DNA from: an uncultured Candidatus Saccharibacteria bacterium
GTDB lineage: Bacteria > Patescibacteriota > Minisyncoccia > Phycocordibacterales > Phycocordibacteraceae
Assembly: GCA_964391975.1 (NCBI GenBank)
Contig: CAYMNZ010000003.1
Coordinates: forward strand, 1 to 49,448
DNA length: 49,448 nucleotides
Direction of reading: 5' to 3'
Part shown: positions 36,294 through 45,900 of the stretch, one piece after another
Layout of the letters: each line of letters begins with the position of its first letter
Numbering within the stretch: the first letter of the stretch is position 1
Notes under the pieces: generated by a model
The model's input: only the letters and a program-made list of their open reading frames with translations
Told to the model about the DNA's origin: nothing
Databases searched by the model: none
Translations under genes and position numbers: made by a program

Positions 36294-37265
36294 ATGGCCT
36301 TCGTCGATGAAATGCGCATCCATGCACTCGCCGGACACGGAGGTCCTGGTGTTGTGCGCTGGTCACATACGAAAGAGAAAGCGAAGAACGGACCATCAGG
36401 AGGAGATGGTGGTCGCGGCGGCGACATTGTTATAGAAGGAGTGCGTGACCTTGCGGTACTCGCTTCGTATCGCTTCACCAAGAAGTTTCGTGCAGACAAC
36501 GGCAAGCCGGGTGGTGCTGACCTCAAGCATGGCAAAGATGCAGAGCCAATCGTGCTGCGAGTTCCTGTCGGTACGGTTGCGAAGATTGTGACGACTGGAG
36601 AAACCTTTGAGATTCTCAAGGAAGGAGACCGCCACGTCGTCTTCAAGGGAGGTCCGGGAGGCTTCGGCAATGCTCACTTCAAAAGCTCGGTAAACCAGAA
36701 TCCAAAGGAGACTTCTCCTGGTAAGCCGGGGAAGGGTGGGGATATCGAAATTACCCTCAAACTCATCGCTGACGCGGGACTCATAGGCTACCCCAACGCC
36801 GGGAAGTCCTCACTTTTGAATGCTTTGACCCGCGCAAGCTCCAAGGTCGGAGCCTACCCTTTTACGACGCTTGACCCGCACCTCGGCGACTTCTATGGCA
36901 AGCTTCTTGCCGATATTCCAGGACTCATTGAAGGAGCCTCGTCCGGCCGAGGTCTCGGCTCGAAGTTCTTGAGGCACATAGAACGTACCGGATTACTTGT
37001 ACATCTCATCTCGGCAGAGCAAGAAGACCTAGTGGGAGCCTACCGCGCCATACGTGCTGAGCTTGAAGCTTTCGGTGGCGGACTGACCGATAAGGCCGAG
37101 CTAGTAGTTCTTTCGAAGGCTGATCTTCTCGACCCTGACGAACGGGGAAATGCCGCAAAGGCCATGGGGGAGGCAATAGGGAAGGAGGTAGTCCTCCTGT
37201 CGGTGAACGAACCGGAGCTACTCAAAGCGTTCTCCAATAGGCTCACGAAAGAGCTCTCCAAGTAG
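36294..37265 (+). CDS. obg: GTPase Obg/CgtA
   Basis: Obg-fold Gly-rich GGDGGRGGDIV, G1 GYPNAGKSSLL, G3 DIPGLIEGAS, G4 LSKADL. Confidence 0.93.
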   Translation: MAFVDEMRIHALAGHGGPGVVRWSHTKEKAKNGPSGGDGGRGGDIVIEGVRDLAVLASYRFTKKFRADNGKPGGADLKHGKDAEPIVLRVPVGTVAKIVTTGETFEILKEGDRHVVFKGGPGGFGNAHFKSSVNQNPKETSPGKPGKGGDIEITLKLIADAGLIGYPNAGKSSLLNALTRASSKVGAYPFTTLDPHLGDFYGKLLADIPGLIEGASSGRGLGSKFLRHIERTGLLVHLISAEQEDLVGAYRAIRAELEAFGGGLTDKAELVVLSKADLLDPDERGNAAKAMGEAIGKEVVLLSVNEPELLKAFSNRLTKELSK

Positions 37266-37301
37266 CCCTCCGTAAGGGCCCTGGTGTACACTCCTCTATA
37301 T

Positions 37302-38693
37302 ATGAGTGCTTATAAGCCGACCATAGGGCTTGAGGTCCACGCGGAACTCAAGACCCGGACCAAGATGTTCTGTTCCTCCCGGAATGACCCGGACGAGAAG
37401 GAGCCGAACGTTCATATCTGTCCAATTTGTATGGCGCATCCAGGTACGCTCCCAACGGCAAACAAAGAGGCGGTGCGACATGTGCTTCGTGTAGGCGCCG
37501 CAGTTGGAGGTACGCTTGCCGATTACACGGAGTTTGACCGCAAGAGCTACTTCTATCCGGACATTCCAAAGGGCTACCAGATAAGTCAGTACGAGCATCC
37601 GCTCGTTTCAGGAGGAACGCTCGCCGGCGTAAAGATTACACGCGTGCATCTCGAAGAGGACACTGCGCGCTCCACGCACTCCGGTGACACCTCGCTCGTC
37701 GATTTCAACCGTGCTGGCGTTCCGCTCATGGAGCTTGTGACTGAACCAGTCATGCATGATGCAAAGACCGCAGGAGATTTTGCACGTGAACTACAGCTTC
37801 TTCTACGTACGCTCGGTGCCTCAGACGCCAACCTCGAGAAAGGGGAGATGCGTGTCGAAGCGAACGTCTCTGTGTCTAAGACCGGCACACCGTCACCAAA
37901 TTACGTTGAGATAAAGAACATCAACTCTTTCCGTGCAGTGGAGCGTGCGATTGAGCACGAGATTGAACGACAGATACAACTACTCGAATCTGGCGAGCAA
38001 GTCGTAAAAGCAACTCGTGGCTGGAACGAGGACAAACAAGAAACATTCCATCAGCGCATTAAAGAGGGCGGAGCAGACTATCGTTACTTCCCAGAACCAG
38101 ATCTTCCGAAGCTCGTCCTCTCTGACCTGCCTGAATTTTCAGTTGAAGCCATTCGCGCAACGCTTCCAGAACTTCCGTGGGAGCGAAAGGCGCGGTACGA
38201 GGAAGAATATAATTTCAAACCATCCGACAGCACATTTGTCGTGAGCGATGTTGAGCGCGTTGTGTTCATAGACCGGGTGCTTACGTTGGTAGAAGGGGAG
38301 CGCGAAGTGCAACTTGCTGTAAATTACTTCGTCTCTGATCTTGGAGGTACTCCAGGAATGTGCACCCCGGAGACGTATGCATCACTTATACGAATGGCGG
38401 CAACTGATGAACTGTCATCCCGTGGCGTCAAAGAAGTTCTCGCCGTACTCGTAGCTGAAGGAGGAGAGCCGAAGCAGATAGCCGAGAAGCAGGGGCTTAC
38501 GCAGATTAGCGACAAGGAGGAGCTCCGGAAGATAATTACACAGATGCTTAGCGGCCAGTCAGAGGTCGTTGCGCAGTACAAGGCAGGCAAGGAGTCCTCA
38601 CTCCAGTTCTTGGTGGGGCAGGGGATGAAGGCCACCAAGGGCGCAGGGAACCCTAACGTAATTAGAGAGCTGATACTCGAGCTGACCGCATAA
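37302..38693 (+). CDS. gatB: Asp-tRNA(Asn)/Glu-tRNA(Gln) amidotransferase subunit B
   Basis: YKPTIGLEVHAELKT, CPICMAHPGTLP, RVHLEEDTA, MRVEANVS, and a C-terminal GatB/YqeY-like tail. ATG 37302 is preferred over the track's GTG 37284. Confidence 0.92.
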   Translation: MSAYKPTIGLEVHAELKTRTKMFCSSRNDPDEKEPNVHICPICMAHPGTLPTANKEAVRHVLRVGAAVGGTLADYTEFDRKSYFYPDIPKGYQISQYEHPLVSGGTLAGVKITRVHLEEDTARSTHSGDTSLVDFNRAGVPLMELVTEPVMHDAKTAGDFARELQLLLRTLGASDANLEKGEMRVEANVSVSKTGTPSPNYVEIKNINSFRAVERAIEHEIERQIQLLESGEQVVKATRGWNEDKQETFHQRIKEGGADYRYFPEPDLPKLVLSDLPEFSVEAIRATLPELPWERKARYEEEYNFKPSDSTFVVSDVERVVFIDRVLTLVEGEREVQLAVNYFVSDLGGTPGMCTPETYASLIRMAATDELSSRGVKEVLAVLVAEGGEPKQIAEKQGLTQISDKEELRKIITQMLSGQSEVVAQYKAGKESSLQFLVGQGMKATKGAGNPNVIRELILELTA

Positions 38694-38702
38694 GACGCAA
38701 CT

Positions 38703-38725
38703 AGGCCCCGCTGGGGCCTTTTTTG
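38703..38725 (+). terminator. Rho-independent terminator after gatB
   Basis: Stem AGGCCCC (38703-38709) / GGGGCCT (38713-38719), followed by TTTTTGT. Confidence 0.8.
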
Positions 38726-38773
38726 TACCTGGATAGGCGAGAATGTTTACATCTCTTCTATCCGAGATGAAAT

Positions 38774-39553
38774 ATGTATATACTTCAGGCAATGGATGAG
38801 CTCGTCATAGGGGAGAAGAAGTACATTTCGTCGAAGAAGGCGGCAGAGCTTACGGGCTATGCCAAGGACTACATTGGTCAGCTTTGTAGAGAGGGGCGCG
38901 TAGAGGCACGCCTGGTGGGGCGTAGCTGGTACGTACTAGAGAGCTCAATCGCAGAACATCGCTTCGGGAAGCAGGAAGAAGTGGTAAAAGAACCAGAGGC
39001 TGAGGAGTCAGAAGTTGTAGAGGAGTCAGGATGGAAGTCCCCGAGGTACGTTACAGAGACGGTAGCAACGCTCCCAGAGCTTATAGAGCGCCCACGAGCA
39101 CCTCTACCTAGTAGCCTCAATCTTCTTGCAAGGGATAGAAATATTATCTCGGCTGCCGATATAGCTAGTAATCAGGCCGAAGTAGAGCTAGTTCCAATTT
39201 CTCGGCAAGAAGAGCCGGCTGAAGAACCTCCGGCTGCACCTCAAGGAGACGACGAAGAGGTCTCTGTTACTTTGCATAGGGTTGCACCTCACGTCGCTCC
39301 ACAAACCAAGGATATGGACGTCATTGTCCCTACACCTGCCCCAAGACGCCATCTAGAGACGCAAGTTGAGCCTAGAAAGATAAGAAAACAGGGAAGCCTG
39401 GTCAAATCATCCATAGTGATAGCTATTGCGCTCGTTGCAATCAGCATAATGCTCCTAGGAACCGGGGCAGCGGACCGTTACCTACTTCCAGCAGCACAAG
39501 AATCAGGTTTAATAAAATATCTCGGTGGGAAGAGTACCTATATTAAGCAGTAA
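38774..39553 (+). CDS. Tail-anchored membrane protein with N-terminal excisionase/MerR-type HTH-like module, acidic Pro-rich linker and C-terminal TM helix
   Basis: YISSKKAAELTGYAKDYIGQLCREGRVEARLVGRSWYVLESSI fits the HTH_17-type pattern (…GR.W.v….l). The linker is rich in E/P. TM SSIVIAIALVAISIMLLGTG lies near the C-terminus (~39405-39470). The start could instead be ATG 38792. Confidence 0.7.
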   Translation: MYILQAMDELVIGEKKYISSKKAAELTGYAKDYIGQLCREGRVEARLVGRSWYVLESSIAEHRFGKQEEVVKEPEAEESEVVEESGWKSPRYVTETVATLPELIERPRAPLPSSLNLLARDRNIISAADIASNQAEVELVPISRQEEPAEEPPAAPQGDDEEVSVTLHRVAPHVAPQTKDMDVIVPTPAPRRHLETQVEPRKIRKQGSLVKSSIVIAIALVAISIMLLGTGAADRYLLPAAQESGLIKYLGGKSTYIKQ

Positions 39554-39653
39554 ATAAAGTGTTTCTCGTCTCGTAAAAACAAGAATATATAAAATAGTCA
39601 CCACTCCCTATAGTCCCCTTGTAAATTTTTTACTACCAAGAGCAGAAACTAAT

Positions 39654-39683
39654 GCGTCTAGCGTCTGCTAGGCGTATTTTTTA
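39654..39683 (+). terminator. Probable intrinsic terminator of gene 38774..39553
   Basis: Stem GCGTCTAGC (39654-39662) / GCTAGGCGT (39667-39675) with G-U wobbles, loop GTCT, tail ATTTTTTA. Confidence 0.55.
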
Positions 39684-39799
39684 TCGCACTCTCCTAGATA
39701 AAGTGAGTTATTTACTTACTTTCTGCTGCTTGAGAGAAATTTTCTAAGCCGATAAGCGTTGTCGGAGCACTCTTCATTTTGGAATTCGCAGGAATTCTT

Positions 39800-39829
39800 T
39801 TGATAAATTCTTTCTAAACAAAATATAAA
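39800..39829 (+). promoter_or_regulatory. Candidate sigma70-type promoter for the giant gene (TTGATA-N18-TATAAA)
   Basis: -35 TTGATA at 39800-39805 and -10 TATAAA at 39824-39829, in the AT-rich 357-bp intergenic region. Flanked by GGAATTC direct repeats (39781-39787, 39791-39797). Confidence 0.35.
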
Positions 39830-39910
39830 AATTTTATCCCCATCATTTTATATTTTTTTAAGTAAAGTGGGAGATTATCGCATAAACTATGTGTAAGTCG
39901 GATAGCCGAT

Positions 39911-42900
39911 ATGACTACTCCTCTCAACACCAATTTGATTTCCACGAAGCACGCTTCGGAAATTTCTGGATACCATCCGGACTACATTGGTCGACTCTGT
40001 CGGTCAGGAAAAATTAACTCAACTCAGTTCGGACGCAGCTGGCTCGTTGACCGCGATTCCCTTGTTGCATTTTGTAAGACTCAAGACCAAAAGAAAAAAG
40101 AAAGTGCCGAAGAGCTCTCCCGTATACGTGAACAAGAATACCAAGTTGCACGTAACGGTCACAGTGGTCACGTATCGCTCAAAACGACCTCTAGAACTCC
40201 TGCAGTGCGTAATCGGGGGAAGAGTATCCCAAGTCCTTTTTTCGATAATGCTGTCGCAACGCTTGTCGCGCTTGTTGTTGGAACAGCAAGCTTGTATGCA
40301 CTTCATTCTCCAGTCGGGCAGTTTGTTGGCACGAAAGCGCTTGAGGTCACGTCTACCACGGCGCTTGGTGTTCGAATCCTCGCGGCGGACCTTCCGGCGT
40401 GGCCGACCATTGATCGGCATACGACTGCTAATGCAACGGTTGGGCTGCAGGCTCCAATTTTTACAGGACCAATCGTTATTCCGTCAGTTGCACAAACCGA
40501 CGTAACTACCGGATATATAGCTGTATCGGATACCGACCTTCCTCTAGAAAACGATGTAAACACTAAAGGTCGGCTGCAAAGTATTCCAGTCGCAAGCCTT
40601 GTAGCTTCAGCGGGTAATGCTCTCGCTAATCCGCAAGGTACCCTTACGGATATATATATAGGTATAGGAGAAAGTGTTCATTCGCTCATAGTTGGGGGGC
40701 TCGAGACGTATACCAACGGATTGGCCGATGCGGGCAACCTTTGGATTGAGAGTGGCTACTCTGCACGTGACGCATTGTTCGCGCTCGGTGAGTCTGGACT
40801 CGCCGCAGAGCTCAGTTTAGGGAATGGCACTATCCGAACAGCAGAGGCTATTCTCGATGCACACGAAGTTGGAATCTATGGATTTATCGAGTCGACCCCA
40901 CAAATTTCTCTTGCGGTACTCAAAACTGCCCATGCGATAGGGGACACCGTGGCGTCTGCGGTTGCGTCGGTCCCCCCAAGCCTCGCCAGTGGGTACGATG
41001 GTGCAGTGGTGGGTTGGGTGGAAGGCTCATTAGGTGTCGCTTCCTCTATGGAGAGGAACCTCCTTGCTGCAGCCCACAACATCAACCAAGCAGGGGACTC
41101 CATCCGCACCGCGTACCTAGAGGCCATTAATGGCACTGGCTCGCTGGCCTACGAAAATGCAAATGGAGTCGTTTCGGGCACGCGTGCCACTGGTCAGGCG
41201 CTCGCGCTCGCATTCTCTGGGGAGGGGCCAGATTTTGTTGCATTGGTCACGCAGCAGCGCGATGTTTTCGGCTCAACAGTTCAAGAACGCTCAGACTCAC
41301 AAAGTGCTAGTGGTGCGCTTGCTGCAGCGACTGCAGAGGCTTCCATATATAAGGTGGGGGAAGATGTGGCGCTTTACACGTACGTCACCATCAACAACCT
41401 GTTCTACAAAGGACTCTCGGCCGTCGCTTCACTTTTCAAACAAGCACCAGTCGCGTTCGTACCTCTGCCACAAGGCGACACAACGTCAGCGGGCACGAGC
41501 TCCTCGTACTCTATTATTTCGCAGACGCCGGTTCAGAACATTGTTAACCAGATTACGATACAGGGTGTCACGTTTGATTATCTCGAGCGTCGTCTTCGAG
41601 AGACACGTTCAAGTATTCTCGATAGTCGTGCAATCTCGAACAACTCTTCGAATTCGAATAGCGGAGGCGGAGGGTCGGGAAGTGTGACATCAGTTGATGC
41701 GTCGGGTGGTACGACCGGGCTCACATTTACGGGCGGTCCAATTACTTCAACAGGAACACTCACACTTTCTGGCACACTCAATCTCATCAACGGAGGAACT
41801 GGACTCACTAGCTACACCGCAGGTGACATTCTCTATGCGGATGGCAGCGGCAATCTTGCAAAACTTCCAGTAGGCTCTGCAGGCCAAGTACTTAAAGTGA
41901 CCGCCGGATTCCCGGCATGGGGAGCTGACATTAGCGCAAGTGGTGGGGCTGGTGCATGGGCAACGACGACTGACAGTCTTGCTGTTTATCCCACTGACAC
42001 TTCGAATGTCGTCATTATTGGCAGTAACGCTACCTCAACAACTGGAAATATCTTTGAGGTGGTTGGCAACGCACTCTTCCGTGGAGCAATCACTACGTAC
42101 AACGTACTCACTGCATCGAATTTCACTTCCACCTCAACAACCGCAATCAACACGTTCCCGAATCTCTCGACAACCAACGCGACCTCGACTGGCTCTCTCT
42201 ATATCACACCGCTCGGCACTGCAGCCGGTACATTCCTTGCGGTTGATGCAAACGGTCGGGTGATTGCAACGACCTCACCACTTGCGGCAGCGGTGACGTC
42301 CATCGGTCCTGCAGGACAGACGGCAGACGGCCCAGCTGTCACGTTTGCCACCTCTTCAACCGCTTTCAATGGATTGACGCCTAATCTCACCATCACTGGC
42401 TCGGGTGATACCCTAACGTATACTTCCGCACTTTCCGGAACACTAGGCGTTGGTGGAGGAGGAACTGGCCAGACCACATTCACTTCAGGTCAGCTGCTCT
42501 ACGGCAACGGCACTGCTGCACTCTCTTCGGTCGCAACAACCTCTCTCACGCTCGCTTCTGAGTTCTCACACTCTGGCACTATTGGCTCTCTCATCGGCGG
42601 CGCAGCTGGAACTCTTTCTCTTACGAACAGCGGCGTCGCACTCACCAAACTCGCACAGATTGCTGCAAACTCGATCCTCGGCAATCTCACGGGAGCGACA
42701 GGGAACGTAACGGCAATTGCAACGTCTTCTCTCGGTATTGCTCTTAGTGATACGACTGGCACGCTCGCCGTGAATAGGGGAGGCACTGGCGCCGCAACGT
42801 TCACCAACAATCGTTTGCTAACCGGCAATGGTACGAGTGCGCTTGTCGATGAAGCGAACCTTACTTTTGATGGTTCGCTTCTGACCGTTACTGGAAACGC

Positions 42901-45900
42901 CTCAACGACCGGTATCAGTTCTTCTTACGCATCTTCAACGAATGCATTCTTCGGTAATCTCTCAATCGGTTCGCTCACAGGAATTCTTAAGGCAACCGCT
43001 GGTGTCGTTTCAACAGCAACTGCGGGCGTCGACTTCGAAAATCCACTCTCCTTTATATATCCACTTGTTCGTTCGGTAGATTCCATCTCTCTTGCCTTCG
43101 GCACCACAACTGCCAACAGCTGGAGCGCACACAATATATTTAGCTCACTTTTTGCGACAAACGCATCTACGACCAATGCAACGACGACCGGTACGCAATA
43201 CATAACGCCGCTCGGTACCGCAGCTGGCGCATTTTTGGCAGTTGATCCTACCGGAAAGGTTATTGCTACTAGTACGCCTTCTGGTGGTTCGGGCATCACT
43301 GCCATCGGTCCTACCGGACAAACCGCAGATGGCCCAACAGTCACTTTTGCGACTTCAACGAGTGCTAACAACGGCCTCACACCAAACCTTGTTATTACCG
43401 GTTCTGGCGACACTCTTACCTATACCTCCTCACTCTCCGGCACCCTCACGAATGCCGGTCTCGCAAACTCAACTGTTTCCTACGGAGGCGTAACACTCTC
43501 GCTCGGAGGAAGTGATGCCACTCCAGCCTTCGACCTCACTGATGCAACGAACCTTCCAATCGTTGCGGGCACCACTGGCACCCTCACGGTCGCGCGAGGC
43601 GGCACGGGCCAAACTTCGTTCACCTCAAGCCAACTTCTCTACGGCAATGGCACTGCTGCACTCTCGAGTGTTGCCACTACATCCCTCACGCTCGCTTCTG
43701 AGTTCTCGCACTCTGGCACTATCGGTTCCTTGATTGGTGGCGCTGCCGGCACACTCTCCCTTACAAATAATGGCGTTGCGCTCACGAAACTTGCGCAAAT
43801 CGCTGCCAACTCGATTCTCGGCAACCTGACCGGAGCAACAGGGGACGTTACCGCGATTGCGACCTCTTCCTTATATACAGGCACGCCTGGCCAGGTGTTG
43901 GCGAGAGTTGGCTCGACATGGGTAGGAGTTGCAACGACTACTGCAGGAACTGGCCTCACATATGACGGGACATCATTCAATGTCGATTCGTCGCAGTTCA
44001 CCCCAACCACTCGTACGCTCACAGTCGCGGGGACCGCAAACCAAATCACTTCTTCTGCAGGTGCCCAAGATCTTTCGGCCAACCGCACGTGGACGCTCTC
44101 GCTCCCATCCCATGTCGTTTTCCCTGGGAACTTCCAGGTAACGAACTCAACGACCACGAACGCGACAACGACCGCACTTGATGTGACGGGACTCCTTACC
44201 TTCGGTGGAGTGACAGGAAACAGTTGGGATGACTTCTGCACCACTATTACTGGTGGCTCAGGTCTCTGTGATGGCGTAGACAACACGGGTGGAGGTGCTG
44301 GGCTCGCGACGTCAACAGATATCGCAGATACTCAAATAATCTATGGCACCAGCGCATCGGACGTAGGATCGGAAGCGGTGTTTACCTACGACGACGCAAC
44401 TGACAGGCTCACGGTCATTAATGCCTCCACCACCAACATCAGTGCCTCCTATGCATCTTCAACCCAAGGATTCTTTGGCAACCTCTCGATAGGAAACCTT
44501 ACTGGATTCCTCAAGGCGACCGCGGGCGTTGTCTCCACTGCAACTATTGATCTCGTGAACGATGTCGGGTCTTCCATTCTTGCGGTGGTCAATGGCGGTA
44601 CAGGATGGGGCAATATCACCGCTAATGCGATTCTCTTGGGTAATGGCACGAGTAGACTTGCCACCACCTCTGCGGGAACGAATGGTCAGGTGCTCGCTCT
44701 TGTCGGAGGAGTGCCAACGTGGACCGCAACTACAACTGCAGGCACAGGCCTCACATACTCGGGGGGTGCATTCAACGTCAATACATCACAAAACATCGCT
44801 ACACTTTCCAACCTCACCTCAGATGGTGTCGTCTACACGTCAGGTGGCGCAGGTACGCTCAACGTAGATTCTGGGGCTCTTGATGTTGCGCGGGGAGGTA
44901 CAGGGCAGGCGACCTTCACCTCAAGCCAACTCCTCTACGGCAACGGCACATCTGCACTCTCATCAGTTGCCACAACCTCGCTCACACTTGCTTCTGAGTT
45001 TTCTCACTCAGGCACCATTGGTTCCTTAATAGGAGGAAGTGCAGGAACTCTCTCACTTACCAACAATGGTGTTGCACTTACAAAACTTGCGCAGATTGCC
45101 GCTAACTCCATTCTTGGAAACATAACTGGCGCAGCAGGGAACGTCACAGCTTTCGCGACTTCCTCGCTCGGGATTGCGTTGAGCGACACCACTGGCACGC
45201 TCGCAGTAGATAGGGGAGGCACTGGGGCGGCCACCTTCACGGACAACCGCATCCTCACCGGCAACGGTACAAGCGCACTTGTTGACGAAGCAAACCTCAC
45301 CTTCGATGGTTCTCTCCTTACGGTGACGGGAAACGCTTCGACCACGCAGCTCACGACCACGGGCAGTAGCTATCTTGCAACAATGGGGGGGAATGTGGGG
45401 GTTGGTACCACCTCGCCATGGGGCAGGTTCTCCATAAACAATTCGACGAATGACCCAGCTGGGCAGCCGCTGTTCGTGATCGCGAGCTCCACTGCGAGCG
45501 CGACAACAACACTCCTTAGCGTGAGAAATGACGGAGCGCTGCTCGTATTTGATGGAACCAGTAACGGTTCCACTAAATCGATTGGTTTCCAGAGCCAGCC
45601 TGACCTAGGCTTCTTCCGTCGTGCAGCGAATCGCATTACATTTGGGGAAAATACTGGCAATTTGGAGTTCGTGTCCTCTGGCACCAATGACGGCATACGA
45701 TTGGCTGGAGGAGCCGATATAATCTGGACCAGTACATCGCTTGCTTCAGGAACGGATGATACCTTTTTCCATCGTGTTGCTGCCGGTACTGTCGGTGTGG
45801 GTACTGCAAGTGCCGGCCAAGCGGGGTTGATGTCAGGCACCTTCGCCGCCGAACGTCTCGGCCTTGGTACTACCACTCCGTACGCCCAGCTCTCCATAGT

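Noticed and set aside
36137-36670. Minus-strand ORF of 177 aa spanning the secA/obg junction.
   Set aside because: It is antisense to two strongly supported genes. Its Pro/Ser/Arg-rich translation is the mirror of the Obg glycine-rich region.
5397-37301. N-terminal extensions in the ORF track (starts 5397, 7957, 9383, 11999, 18702, 20341, 21899, 30188, 33444, 37284).
   Set aside because: Each extension overlaps the upstream gene or encodes non-protein-like sequence. An internal ATG restores a canonical N-terminus in every case: a signal peptide, GxxGxxG, MCGI, MKILGI, and so on. Several track starts are GTG or TTG rendered as M.
39652-39747. Small ORF (MRLASARRIFYRTLLDKVSYLLTFCCLREIF) in the AT-rich intergenic region.
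   Set aside because: It is 31 codons long, has no ribosome-binding-site-like sequence, and spans the predicted terminator hairpin. It is most likely fortuitous.
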